Shown here in pieces: positions 46,368-56,757 of a DNA stretch of 64,000 bases. The notes under the pieces were generated by a model, which did no database searches, was not told where the DNA came from, and worked only from the letters and a program-made list of their open reading frames with translations. The stretch's first letter is position 1. Every line of letters starts with the position of its first letter. The translations under genes and the position numbers were made by a program. Source of the DNA: an uncultured Bacilli bacterium (lineage in GTDB: Bacteria; Bacillota_I; Bacilli_A; RF39; UBA660); contig CAKPNA010000002.1 in NCBI GenBank assembly GCA_934168275.1, forward strand, positions 46,779-110,778, written 5' to 3'.

Positions 46368-46562
46368 TTATAGTGGCCACTTATATATAAACATATAAAT
46401 AGCAAATAATAATACTAATATGGTATATAATACTTTAATTAATAATTCTAAAAGCTTTCTTTTCTTAGGGCTTTTTACCTTTTTGTTTAAATAATTTAAT
46501 GGTTTTAAATAAAATGTTGTAGCTAAGCCTTCATTATAAAACTGATTAAGATATTCTTTCAT
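46368..46562 (-). CDS. Small membrane protein (64 aa) translationally coupled to the processive GT2
   Basis: Its start overlaps the GT2 stop region. One C-terminal TM 'LYTILVLLFAIYMFIY'. Could be spurious. Confidence 0.25.
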   Translation of the reverse strand: MKEYLNQFYNEGLATTFYLKPLNYLNKKVKSPKKRKLLELLIKVLYTILVLLFAIYMFIYKWPL

Positions 46563-46563
46563 C

Positions 46564-48042
46564 TTAGTTCTCCATTTTTAAATCATCAATAGTTATTTTA
46601 CTTTGATGTGGTATTGGTTTCCATTCTACTTTTTTAAATATAGCAATATATGTTGTATAACGACCTATTATATCAAATATTGGCCATGTTAAACAAAACT
46701 CTACTTTCTTCCAAAAACTTATTTTTTTAATTCTAGCATCTTCTACGATAAATAGATATACAGCCATCCATATACTAGTAAAATAACTTCCAATACGATA
46801 TAGTAAACGATACCATATAGTTAATACAAAGCCCATTAATAAAGCATTAATACCTGGTTCAATATTAATTCTTATATCAAATAGATTTCTTAATACTTTA
46901 GCTAACCAAACACTACCACTAAATAATGTCATATTACTTATTCCGTTACTATATAATGAACATGAATATATTATTACTGATACTAGTATAAATCTTAGTA
47001 AGTTAATAAATGATATTGGTGTTAATTGGACTAGGGTATCAAATGAAGCAAAGCGATGACGAATAGACTCAATAATACGTTTAGATAATGGTTGTTTTTG
47101 CTTTTTACTATTATCTTGCCATTTAGTTTTTAAGTATCTTTTTCCTAAGAATATATTTAAAAATAGATATGGTCCTGTTTGTGCAAAAGCTTGTAAATGT
47201 CCTTTGGACCATCTTAATCTTTGTCTTAACGCTACTTTTAGGCTTATTGGTTGTTCATCAAAAAACATAGCTTCATCTTGGTAAGATATTTCATAACCTT
47301 GGGCAACAGCATCAGCAGTTAAGGCTCTATCTTCAGTTAAACTTGTATAGTGCCAACCATCTTCTACTATTTCACTAGCCATTAAAAAGCCAGTACCTTG
47401 AATATTAGTGGCTAAATGTAAAACGCTTCTTGCTCGATGATTAGCTCTAATAGATCTTAACCAGTGTAAGGCATAAGTTGATGCTATCCAATTTTCATCA
47501 AAGTTTTTAGTATTACGATATGATGTGATAATTTTTAAACCTGAATCAAAAGCATCATTCATTTTAGAAATAAAGTTCTTTTCTAGTAAGTTATCAGCAT
47601 CAAAAACAAAATAACCTTCGAATGACATACGGCCATAATATTCTTCTATTTGATCAAATAAGTATTCTAGAGCATATCCTTTAGTTTTTTCTTTATCATT
47701 AAATCTTTCATAACAGATAGCACCTTTATCGCGAACTACTTGAGCAGTTTTATCAGTACAGTTATCTGCAACAACAAAGGTAGTTATTAAATCTTTAGGA
47801 TAATCTTGTTTTTTTATACTATCTAAGAGATTACCTATTACACTTTCTTCATTTCTAGCCGCAATGACAATAGCATATTTATGTTTCTTTTTAGCGGGTT
47901 TAAATTTTCTTGTAAAAAACATTCCTATAACAAAATAAAATGCTCGATGGATAACTATTATACTTAATATAAGTCCTAATATATTATTTATATTTTTAAA
48001 TAGTTGATAATTACTACCTATTCCCTTAATTATTGCATCCAT
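46564..48042 (-). CDS. Processive family-2 glycosyltransferase (synthase type, QxxRW motif)
   Basis: N-terminal TM, GT-A core ('VIAARNEESVIGNLLDSIKKQDYP', 'FDADN'), 'LRQRLRWSKG' QxxRW motif and 3-4 C-terminal TMs, as in IcaA/PgaC/cellulose-synthase-like enzymes. Confidence 0.7.
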   Translation of the reverse strand: MDAIIKGIGSNYQLFKNINNILGLILSIIVIHRAFYFVIGMFFTRKFKPAKKKHKYAIVIAARNEESVIGNLLDSIKKQDYPKDLITTFVVADNCTDKTAQVVRDKGAICYERFNDKEKTKGYALEYLFDQIEEYYGRMSFEGYFVFDADNLLEKNFISKMNDAFDSGLKIITSYRNTKNFDENWIASTYALHWLRSIRANHRARSVLHLATNIQGTGFLMASEIVEDGWHYTSLTEDRALTADAVAQGYEISYQDEAMFFDEQPISLKVALRQRLRWSKGHLQAFAQTGPYLFLNIFLGKRYLKTKWQDNSKKQKQPLSKRIIESIRHRFASFDTLVQLTPISFINLLRFILVSVIIYSCSLYSNGISNMTLFSGSVWLAKVLRNLFDIRINIEPGINALLMGFVLTIWYRLLYRIGSYFTSIWMAVYLFIVEDARIKKISFWKKVEFCLTWPIFDIIGRYTTYIAIFKKVEWKPIPHQSKITIDDLKMEN

Positions 48043-48467
48043 TACTTCTCAACTTCCTTACTGCTTTTAAATACTATAAATTTACTTAATATATAATTTA
48101 AGATAATAATTACTACTTGGGCAATTAATTTAACTATTTTATTATCAAATTTTAATCTTGATACAAATATATACATAATAATCATATCGATTAATAGGGT
48201 TGATATTCTTGATATGTAAAAGTTTAAGCATTCTTTAATATTACTTTTATTTTTTACTTTAAAGACAAATTTTCGATTAGTAAAGTAAGCAAATGTTACT
48301 GATGCTAACCAAGAGATAATATTAGCTATTTGTAAATATACTTTATTATTAGCATCTAATACAGTTAGGGTTAATAAATAATAAGTAGCAAGACTTACGA
48401 CAGTGGTAAGAATACCAATTATTAAGTAATTAATTAATTCTTCATATTTTTTATATATCTTTATCAT
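48042..48467 (-). CDS. GtrA-family small membrane protein
   Basis: 141 aa with four TM helices. 'YLIIGILTTVVSLATYYLL' N-terminus typical of GtrA. Confidence 0.7.
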   Translation of the reverse strand: MIKIYKKYEELINYLIIGILTTVVSLATYYLLTLTVLDANNKVYLQIANIISWLASVTFAYFTNRKFVFKVKNKSNIKECLNFYISRISTLLIDMIIMYIFVSRLKFDNKIVKLIAQVVIIILNYILSKFIVFKSSKEVEK

Positions 48468-49401
48468 ATACTACATCCATATTACTTTCTTTAACTATAT
48501 ATATTGGTCTTTTCTTTACTTCTAAATAAGTTTTAGATAGGTATTCTCCGATTACTCCAATACATAGTAATTCTATACCATTAGTCATAAATATTATGCA
48601 GGCAAGACTTGGCCAACCACTAGTAGGATCACCATAAACTAATGTTTTAACAATAATAACTATTATCATAATAAAGGCTACTAGGCAAAATAAGATACCA
48701 AATGTAGCAGCCATTGTTAGAGGTGCTGTTGTAAAAGCCACTATTCCTTCAATAGCGTAAAGAAATAATTTCCAAAAATTCCATTTAGTCTCGCCGGCTA
48801 CTCTTTCAATATTTTCGTATTCTAACCATTTTGTTTTAAAGCCAACAAAACTAAATAATCCTTTAGAATATCGATTATATTCTTTTAGGGTTAATAAATT
48901 ATCTACGACTTGTCTTGTCATCATACGATAGTCTCTAGCACCATCAACCATTTCTACTTTACTCATTTTATTTATTATTTTATAAAACATACGGGCAAAG
49001 AAACTTCTAATTGGGGGCTCTCCTTTACGGGTTACTCTTCTAGTGCCTACTACATCATAATCTTCTTCTTCAATTAGGCGAAGCATTTCCGGTATTAAAG
49101 TTGGTGGGTCTTGTAAATCACAGTCCATAACTGTAATATAGTCACCGGTAGAATGTTTTAATCCGGCCCACATAGCAGCTTCTTTACCAAAGTTTCTAGA
49201 TAATGATATATAATTTGCTTCTTTATCTTTTTTAGATAGGTTTCTGATGAGTTCTAGTGTTTTATCTTTACTACCATCATTAACAAATATTAATTCTAAT
49301 TTATAATTTATTTTACTAAATACTTTTTTTATTTCTTTGTAAAATAATGGAATACTTTCTTCCTCGTTATAACAAGGAACAATTATACTTACTTTTTTCA
49401 T
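48451..49401 (-). CDS. GtrB/CsbB-like polyprenyl-phosphate glycosyltransferase (GT2 with two C-terminal TMs)
   Basis: 'VSIIVPCYNEEESIPLF...VNDGSKDKT...MDCDLQDPP' and a C-terminal hydrophobic pair. Confidence 0.8.
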   Translation of the reverse strand: MKKVSIIVPCYNEEESIPLFYKEIKKVFSKINYKLELIFVNDGSKDKTLELIRNLSKKDKEANYISLSRNFGKEAAMWAGLKHSTGDYITVMDCDLQDPPTLIPEMLRLIEEEDYDVVGTRRVTRKGEPPIRSFFARMFYKIINKMSKVEMVDGARDYRMMTRQVVDNLLTLKEYNRYSKGLFSFVGFKTKWLEYENIERVAGETKWNFWKLFLYAIEGIVAFTTAPLTMAATFGILFCLVAFIMIIVIIVKTLVYGDPTSGWPSLACIIFMTNGIELLCIGVIGEYLSKTYLEVKKRPIYIVKESNMDVVYDKDI

Positions 49402-49410
49402 ATTACACCT

Positions 49411-51459
49411 CTAATTCATAATTTCTTTAAAATAATTATATTTAAGTACTAAATCATTTTTCTTAACGTAATATTCTACTAAACTATTCTTTTCTTCTAA
49501 AGTTAATTCATCAACAGATTTGTTGTTTTTTACTTGGCCATCAACAACATATATATTACCATCATACCAAGATAAATCACTAAATATAGTTAGAGTATCA
49601 TTATTACCTAGAGCATCTCTGAATACATACCATTTTTCATTATATTCTACTCCCATTAGGTTTAAGAATGTTGGTAAGATATTTAGTTGACTAGTTACTT
49701 TATTAATATCTACTCTTTTTTGGTTACTACTCCAAATAAAGAATGGTGTTTTATTAACTAGATTAGTACTTGTATCTTTATGTCTGGATAATGTTTCATT
49801 AGTGGCAGTATATAAATAGTGATCAGTAAAGGCAACGATGATAGTATTGTCATATAAACCATTATCTTTTAAGGCTTGTATTAATAGTCCAACCATATAG
49901 TCTGTTTCTTGAGCTTGTCTTTTAATACAATCTTCTTCGGTTAAATTTAAGTTATTAATAAACTCTTCTCTTTCACTTCTTGATAGAGGTTCTAACTTTT
50001 CGGCATAATCAATATTTATTAATTGACGACATACTCCTTTACTAGTAGTAAATGGTAAGTGATTACTATAAGTTATTATATAGTCAATAAACTTCCCTTC
50101 ATTTTTAAACATTTCATCATAGAAGGTTTCGTTTAGAATTAGTTCTCTATCTAAGTTATAGGAGTTATCAGTATATGTTCCTAAATCTTTTAAACCAAAA
50201 TATCTATCAAAACCAAAGTTAGAATAATTAATACCTCTACTATAATATTCACTACTATTCATATGAAAGGCTTTAATTGAATAATCCATTACTTTCATTA
50301 AGTTAGCCATAGAGTATGGAAAATCATTTTTATTTAGGGTATAAGCATTAATTGGATAAGTATATGGTGTCATATAACCAGTATTAACTGCAAACTCTGA
50401 ATTAAATGTTGATCCACCACCATTAAAGAATGAATAATGATTATTAAAATTAATTGAGTTATTAAGTAAACTATAGGTATTAGGCATAATGTCTTCAGTT
50501 AAAAGCCAATTATCAATACCTTCCATTTGTAAGAAAATAACATTCTTATCTTTAAATATTCCAGTATATTTATTATTAGAAAAGCTATTATGTTCTTCAC
50601 TAAAAACATCTTCTAGGAACTTACTTTCTGTTTCACTTTTCTTTGTTTCTGGTTTGATATAAGTAATATAGAAGTCTCTAACACTATATTCATAGATACC
50701 TGCTAGAGCTAAACACTTATTGCTATCATTAAAATTGTTATATACATTTCGGGGATTACGCCATGTATCCCAAGTAAGTTCAAAGTTAGCTCTTCCTAAA
50801 CAACATTTAGCAAAAGTATGTACCACTAAGAATATAAATATTATTATTGCCATTTTCTTCTTATTAGTCTTACTATTAGGAAAATATTTTAAGGCTATAA
50901 TAAAAGTAGTAAAAATAACAAATGCTACAACATAAACATAAAAATTACATGTTTTTAATACATCATATATATATCCACTACCTTCACTAGCTAATTCCAT
51001 CATAGAAAAACTAAAGAAGTTATTAGTAGCACTATAATATATATTATTTACTAAATATAAGGCAAAGCAAATAAGAAATATTAAACTATATACTATTTTA
51101 TCTTTTTTCTTACCAATATTTAAGACAATTCCTGCAAATAGAATTATATAAGCTATTGAAAATAGTCTTGGACTAATACTAAATATTGGATAGAACTCTA
51201 TTTGATGCGCAAACAATCTTGTTGACAAATCAATTATTACAAATGGAAGACATAACAGAATTATCTCTAATACATCTTTTCTCTTTAAGAAATTCCAAAT
51301 TCTAGTTAATAATTTAACTAATTTTTCTTTTTTGCCATCTTCTTTAAAAAAATTTACAATATTATTTTTTACATTAATTATATTTTTCTTTATTTTTTTT
51401 ATTTGTTTTTGTGAATTCTTTTTTATTCTTTTTATTTTAGTTTTCATAACTACCACCAC
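49411..51459 (-). CDS. LtaS-like sulfatase-family membrane protein (lipoteichoic-acid-synthase/phosphoglycerol-transferase family)
   Basis: Five N-terminal TM helices plus an extracellular sulfatase/alkaline-phosphatase-like domain ('NVIFLQMEGIDNW'). Confidence 0.75.
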   Translation of the reverse strand: MVVVMKTKIKRIKKNSQKQIKKIKKNIINVKNNIVNFFKEDGKKEKLVKLLTRIWNFLKRKDVLEIILLCLPFVIIDLSTRLFAHQIEFYPIFSISPRLFSIAYIILFAGIVLNIGKKKDKIVYSLIFLICFALYLVNNIYYSATNNFFSFSMMELASEGSGYIYDVLKTCNFYVYVVAFVIFTTFIIALKYFPNSKTNKKKMAIIIFIFLVVHTFAKCCLGRANFELTWDTWRNPRNVYNNFNDSNKCLALAGIYEYSVRDFYITYIKPETKKSETESKFLEDVFSEEHNSFSNNKYTGIFKDKNVIFLQMEGIDNWLLTEDIMPNTYSLLNNSINFNNHYSFFNGGGSTFNSEFAVNTGYMTPYTYPINAYTLNKNDFPYSMANLMKVMDYSIKAFHMNSSEYYSRGINYSNFGFDRYFGLKDLGTYTDNSYNLDRELILNETFYDEMFKNEGKFIDYIITYSNHLPFTTSKGVCRQLINIDYAEKLEPLSRSEREEFINNLNLTEEDCIKRQAQETDYMVGLLIQALKDNGLYDNTIIVAFTDHYLYTATNETLSRHKDTSTNLVNKTPFFIWSSNQKRVDINKVTSQLNILPTFLNLMGVEYNEKWYVFRDALGNNDTLTIFSDLSWYDGNIYVVDGQVKNNKSVDELTLEEKNSLVEYYVKKNDLVLKYNYFKEIMN

Positions 51460-51507
51460 ACCAATTTAATTATAACATAAATGGTTGTATTGTAAATGTT
51501 TTTAATT

Positions 51508-52023
51508 TTAAAATAGCAAATTAACGGTAATAATGGCGATAATTACGCATGATAGGTCGACTAATAAACCAATTAATAGAGAATGTTTTATTTTTGTTAT
51601 ACCTACTGATGAGAAATAGAGACTGATGATATAGATAGTAGTATCAGTGCTTCCTTGAATAACTGAGGCGATTCTTCCTACCATACTATCCGGGGTGTAT
51701 ACTGCTAATATATCGTTTAATATTACTAATGATGAAGATGAAGATATTGGCCTTAGTAAACATAAAGGAATCAGACTAGGATTTATGTTTATTTTGTTTA
51801 ATACAGGTATTAAATGTTTAGTTATATCAGCAATAATATTACTTTTAAGAAGTATATCGACCGCTATTACCATTGCAAAAATTGTTGGGAAAATACCTAG
51901 AGTGGTGTTTAGGCCTTCTTTTACTCCTACTAAGAATGAAGAAAAAATATCTATTCTTTTATATAGTGCATAAATAATTATTATTGCTGTTATCAAAGGA
52001 ATGATTATACTCGAAATATTCAT
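51508..52023 (-). CDS. spmB: Spore maturation protein B-like (nucleoside-recognition/gate domain)
   Basis: Polytopic membrane protein immediately after the spmA-like gene, in a dacB-spmA-spmB arrangement. Confidence 0.7.
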   Translation of the reverse strand: MNISSIIIPLITAIIIIYALYKRIDIFSSFLVGVKEGLNTTLGIFPTIFAMVIAVDILLKSNIIADITKHLIPVLNKININPSLIPLCLLRPISSSSSLVILNDILAVYTPDSMVGRIASVIQGSTDTTIYIISLYFSSVGITKIKHSLLIGLLVDLSCVIIAIITVNLLF

Positions 52024-52601
52024 TTGTTCCTCCTGAAAAGATATATTATTCTATCAATAATTAAGCCAATAAGACATGAAGAAAATGTTGTGATAATACT
52101 AGCTAGTACTATTTCACTTGGATTGGATGAACCATTTAGGATTCTTAAAGATATAACTGTTGTAGGAATTATAGTAACTGATGAAGTATTTATTATTAAG
52201 AAAGTTATCATGCTTCTAGTGGCAGTATCTTTAGTTTTATTTAATTCTTGCATACTTTTCATGGCTTTCAATCCGAATGGTGTAGCAGCATTACCGAGTC
52301 CTAACATATTCATTATAATATTGGAAGCTATATATGAAAATGCTTCATGGTTAGGTGGTATTTCAGGAAATAGTACTTTTAAGATAGGGGTTATTTTTTT
52401 TGATAAGATATCTAGTAGGCCACTCTCTTTAGCTATATTCATAATTCCTAACCATAGGCACATAAGTGGTAAGATATTAAAGATTAATTTTAATGAATTA
52501 GTAGATGATGATAGCATAATATCAGTCATATTAATACTAGGATTAAAGAAACTATATAGTATTCCTATAACAATAAATGATCCCCAAATAATATTTATCA
52601 T
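52020..52601 (-). CDS. spmA: Spore maturation protein A-like
   Basis: 'MINIIWGSFIVIGILYSFF' N-terminus and gate-domain architecture. Follows dacB with a 4-nt overlap. Confidence 0.7.
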   Translation of the reverse strand: MINIIWGSFIVIGILYSFFNPSINMTDIMLSSSTNSLKLIFNILPLMCLWLGIMNIAKESGLLDILSKKITPILKVLFPEIPPNHEAFSYIASNIIMNMLGLGNAATPFGLKAMKSMQELNKTKDTATRSMITFLIINTSSVTIIPTTVISLRILNGSSNPSEIVLASIITTFSSCLIGLIIDRIIYLFRRNK

Positions 52602-53674
52602 TTAAATATTTTTCTCCATATTTGTTTAAAGAAACTAGGTTTAGTATTTAATGTTTTTTCTATATAGATATCTTCTTTATATAAAATATCATTATTCATA
52701 GATATTTCAATATATCCTACTTTATCTCCACTATTATAACTATTTAATTTTTCTAATTTTATTTTAGATATCAAAGCACCTTTTTCATCTTTTTTAAGTG
52801 GTAAGTAAACATTATTTTTAATATAGAAATCTCCTATATAGAAGGTATCTCCAACAATGTTAAACTTCTTTTTATTTAATACTTTATATGATGAATAATT
52901 ATTTTTTGCATATTCATATAGGTCTAAGTGAGTATTCCAGTCATCACTATCTTTAATGGTTACGACAATTAAATTCATATCGTCAATAGTAGCAGTACTA
53001 ACAAGAGTTCTTTTGGCCTTTTCAGTATAACCTGTTTTACCTCCTGTTATAAAGTTATATTTTAATAGTTTGTTTTTATTGGTCCATGAATAAGTTTTAT
53101 AGTTAGTTTTAACGACATGTTTTTTAGTTCCAACTATTTTTTTATATTCTTCATATTGCATAGCATATCTTGTTAATAAAGCCATATCGTAGGCTGTTGA
53201 ATAATTACCCGTGGTATCGTTATCTAGACCGCTACTATTAGTGAATACAGTGTTTTTCATACCTATTTCTTTGGCTTTGTTATTCATAAGAACGGCGAAG
53301 TCTTCTTCAGTACCAGCTAGATATGAAGCAATCATTACAGCGGCATCATTACCACTTCTAAGCATTAGGCCATATAGCATATCTCTTAAGGTCATTTCCT
53401 CCCCTACTTCAATATAAATACCTGAGCCATAAGCCTTTTTTATTGATTCGTCAACTGTTATAATTTCATCTAATTTATTTGATTCAATGGCAAGTAAACA
53501 GGTCATTATTTTAGTAATAGATGCGATTAGGCGTGGAGAGTTGGCATTTTTTGAGGATAATATTCTTCCTGTTGTTTGGTCCATTAAGACATATTCATAA
53601 GCTGAGGAAGTACTAGCATTTACTTTTGATATAAAAGATAGACATATTAATATCGTTAATAATATTTTTTTCAA
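52598..53674 (-). CDS. dacB: D-alanyl-D-alanine carboxypeptidase (S11, DacB/DacF-like)
   Basis: Signal peptide, SxxK 'SITK', 'SGND' and 'KTGYT' motifs. Confidence 0.8.
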   Translation of the reverse strand: MKKILLTILICLSFISKVNASTSSAYEYVLMDQTTGRILSSKNANSPRLIASITKIMTCLLAIESNKLDEIITVDESIKKAYGSGIYIEVGEEMTLRDMLYGLMLRSGNDAAVMIASYLAGTEEDFAVLMNNKAKEIGMKNTVFTNSSGLDNDTTGNYSTAYDMALLTRYAMQYEEYKKIVGTKKHVVKTNYKTYSWTNKNKLLKYNFITGGKTGYTEKAKRTLVSTATIDDMNLIVVTIKDSDDWNTHLDLYEYAKNNYSSYKVLNKKKFNIVGDTFYIGDFYIKNNVYLPLKKDEKGALISKIKLEKLNSYNSGDKVGYIEISMNNDILYKEDIYIEKTLNTKPSFFKQIWRKIFK

Positions 53675-53730
53675 GTAGTATCACCTACATCAGTATATGA
53701 AAAAAGGACTGTGGTTAGTCCTAAATACAG

Positions 53731-56019
53731 TTAAATATTTACTACTTTATTAGAGGTAATAGTAATACTATCCTTTTCATTAATAATAGCATCTACTACT
53801 TTATTTTCAACAATATTACTTAGTACTTTGTTTACTTTTCTAGCACCAAACTCATGATAATTACATTTATTTATTACTTCTTCTAAGACACTATTATCAA
53901 TATTTATAGTAATATTATTATATTTATTTTTTATATAGTCTATTCTATTATTTATTATTTCTATTAAGTTATCTTTATTTAAGTTATTGAAAGTTATAAT
54001 ATTATCAATTCGGTTAATAAATGATGGTGGAAAAACAGTTTTTAGAGAAGATATGACTTCATCTTCTTTATTCTGATTAAATCCTACTTTAATTTCTTCA
54101 AATCCGACATTTGAGGTCATGATAATTGTTATGTGATCAAATCTTATGACATTACCTTGATTATCTTTTATTTTACCTTCATCTAATATTTGATAGAATA
54201 AGTTAATTACACTTGGGTGAGCTTTATCTATTTCATCTAGTAATAATATAGAATTAGGCTTTTCTTTAATAAGACCAAGAATATTTTTGTCATCATATCC
54301 AACATAGCCAGGATTAGAACCTATTATTTTATTTATAGAGGTAGCATCAGAGTATTCAGACATATCTAAGCGTATAAAATTAGATTCTCCTAAAAAACTT
54401 TTAGCATAATTTTTAGCCATTAAGGTTTTACCAACACCTGTTGGTCCAATAAATAGTAGTGAATAACATTTGTTATCCTTATAGCCTAGTTTTATTCTCT
54501 TAGTAATACTTATTAGTTCTTTAATAGCATTATCTTGACCAATAATTGTTTTACTTAGACTGTCTTCAATAGTTTTTATACTTTTTACTGAGTCAGATAA
54601 TACTTCATACATAGGGATAGAACAACGGTTATTAATAACACTAGCTATATCATTTATTGATACTTCTTTACTGTTAGTAGTAGTTAGTTCTAAACTATTT
54701 AATTTATTTAATACTTCATTTTCTTTTTGACGATAGTAATAAGCCTTTTTAATGTCATTATCTAGTATATATGTTTTTTTCTTATCTCTTATATCATTTA
54801 ATTCTTTTTGTAATTTGCTTGCTTCTTCGCTAGTATTATTTTGTAGGCTTACTTTAGAGCAGACTTCATCCATAATATCTAGTTCCTTATCAGGACGATT
54901 GCGGTCATAGATATATTTTTCTGATAAGTTTATAATTGAATCTATTACACTATCATTCATACTTACTTTATGATATTTTTCATAGAGAGGTTTTAGTTTT
55001 AATAAGATATTTTTGGTATCAGGAATTGATGGTTCTTCCACAAATATTTTTTGAAATCTTCTTTCTAAAGCACCGTCTTTTTCGATATATTTATGATATT
55101 CAGCAGTGGTAGTAGCTCCAATTATTCTTATTTTGCCACGAGCAAGAGCCGGTTTTAAAATATTTGATGCATCGATAGCACCTTCCGCTCCACCAGCTCC
55201 TACAAGAGTGTGTATTTCATCAATAAATAGAATTATATCATTATCATTTTCAACTTCTTTAATGAGTTTTTTCATGCGGTCTTCAAACTCACCACGATAT
55301 TTAGTGCCAGCAACTAGAGAGGCCATGTCGATGGAAATTATTTTTTTACCATTTAATATTCCGGCTTCATTACTAGCAATTAATCTGGATAATTCTTCAA
55401 CAATAGCAGTCTTACCAACACCAGGCAAGCCTATTAATAATGGGTTGTTTTTGCATCTTCGGCATAATATTTCTAAAACTCTTTGAACTTCTTTTTCTCT
55501 ACCAATAACGGGGTCCAATAAATTGTTTTTAGCTTTTTCTGTTAAATCTATTCCTAAATCTTCGGCTAATATTTTTTTCTTCTTCTTTCTTTTTTTGATT
55601 AATTTACTAGCAAATTCTTCATACATAGATTCAACATCTAGATCCATCGAGATAAATATTCTGATAGCTATCCCTTCTCCTTCTTCCAAAAGAGAAGAAA
55701 ATAAGTGATATGGTGTTACCTCCCCATTATTGTTATCTTTGCTATCTAAGATAGCATTTTCTATTACTTTTCTTAGTAATGGGGTATATAAAAATATTTC
55801 ACTTTTCTTACTACCCATTCCTATTATATTTATTATTTGTTCTTTAAATTTATCATAGGTTAATCCGTATTCTTTTAATCTTGTTGATAATTCACTATTA
55901 GTGTGTAATGTGGCTAATACTAAGTGTTCTGTTCCAATATATGGATGATTTAAATCTAACATTTCTAATTTGGCTTTTACTAAAATATTTTGTGCTTCTT
56001 CATTAAAATTACCTATCAT
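53731..56019 (-). CDS. clpC: Clp ATPase ClpC/ClpE-type (Clp_N repeats plus two AAA+ modules)
   Basis: N-terminal duplicated Clp_N ('TEHLVLATL', 'TPYHLFSSL'). Walker A 'GLPGVGKTA' and 'GPTGVGKT'. Confidence 0.85.
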   Translation of the reverse strand: MIGNFNEEAQNILVKAKLEMLDLNHPYIGTEHLVLATLHTNSELSTRLKEYGLTYDKFKEQIINIIGMGSKKSEIFLYTPLLRKVIENAILDSKDNNNGEVTPYHLFSSLLEEGEGIAIRIFISMDLDVESMYEEFASKLIKKRKKKKKILAEDLGIDLTEKAKNNLLDPVIGREKEVQRVLEILCRRCKNNPLLIGLPGVGKTAIVEELSRLIASNEAGILNGKKIISIDMASLVAGTKYRGEFEDRMKKLIKEVENDNDIILFIDEIHTLVGAGGAEGAIDASNILKPALARGKIRIIGATTTAEYHKYIEKDGALERRFQKIFVEEPSIPDTKNILLKLKPLYEKYHKVSMNDSVIDSIINLSEKYIYDRNRPDKELDIMDEVCSKVSLQNNTSEEASKLQKELNDIRDKKKTYILDNDIKKAYYYRQKENEVLNKLNSLELTTTNSKEVSINDIASVINNRCSIPMYEVLSDSVKSIKTIEDSLSKTIIGQDNAIKELISITKRIKLGYKDNKCYSLLFIGPTGVGKTLMAKNYAKSFLGESNFIRLDMSEYSDATSINKIIGSNPGYVGYDDKNILGLIKEKPNSILLLDEIDKAHPSVINLFYQILDEGKIKDNQGNVIRFDHITIIMTSNVGFEEIKVGFNQNKEDEVISSLKTVFPPSFINRIDNIITFNNLNKDNLIEIINNRIDYIKNKYNNITINIDNSVLEEVINKCNYHEFGARKVNKVLSNIVENKVVDAIINEKDSITITSNKVVNI

Positions 56020-56122
56020 ATACTACTCCTTTCATACTATATTCTATGTATATAATGGGTAATTTTATTTATTTTTAAACTTCTAAATATCTACATTTTA
56101 TATAAATTAAAAAATATCAGCA

Positions 56123-56749
56123 TTATACTGATATTAAATTATTTATTCTATTAAGATAGTCATCACTTTTAGTAATATAAGATCCAACGACAATTGTATC
56201 TATTCCACTATCTTTTATTAAATCAACATTAGTGTTATTAACACCACCATCGATTTCTAGAGATAAATTATTATTTAGTTTTTTGATATATTCTGCTCTA
56301 CTTAGAGTGTTCGGCATGAATTCTTGGCCACCTTTGCCAGGGTTAACACTCATTATTAGGATGCCTTCTATTTTATTTAGATATGGGTATAATAATTCAA
56401 CGTTAGTGTTTGGACTGATAGCAAGTCTTGCTTGATAACCTAGAGAGTGAATTTTATCTATTAGATTATCGATATCTTTATCTATTTCAATATGGATAGT
56501 TACATTATTGATATTCATGTTATGTAGTTTTTCTATATAAATAATAGGGTCTTCTACCATTAGGTGAATATCTAGTTTTTTGTTGGATATGTTATTTATT
56601 TCTTTTATTTTTTCAATAGAAAACTTAGTATCAGGAACAAATAATCCGTCCATAACATCTATATGAATATAGTCAGTTTTAGTATTATTTAGTTTTTTTA
56701 CATAATCTATTTTATTATCTGTTGATAAGATAGATACTGATAGTTTCAT
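56123..56749 (-). CDS. rpe: Ribulose-phosphate 3-epimerase
   Basis: 'SILSTD...HIDVMDGLFVP...HLMV' metal-binding pattern. Lies downstream of rsgA as in B. subtilis. Confidence 0.85.
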   Translation of the reverse strand: MKLSVSILSTDNKIDYVKKLNNTKTDYIHIDVMDGLFVPDTKFSIEKIKEINNISNKKLDIHLMVEDPIIYIEKLHNMNINNVTIHIEIDKDIDNLIDKIHSLGYQARLAISPNTNVELLYPYLNKIEGILIMSVNPGKGGQEFMPNTLSRAEYIKKLNNNLSLEIDGGVNNTNVDLIKDSGIDTIVVGSYITKSDDYLNRINNLISV

Positions 56750-56757
56750 TAAATCAC

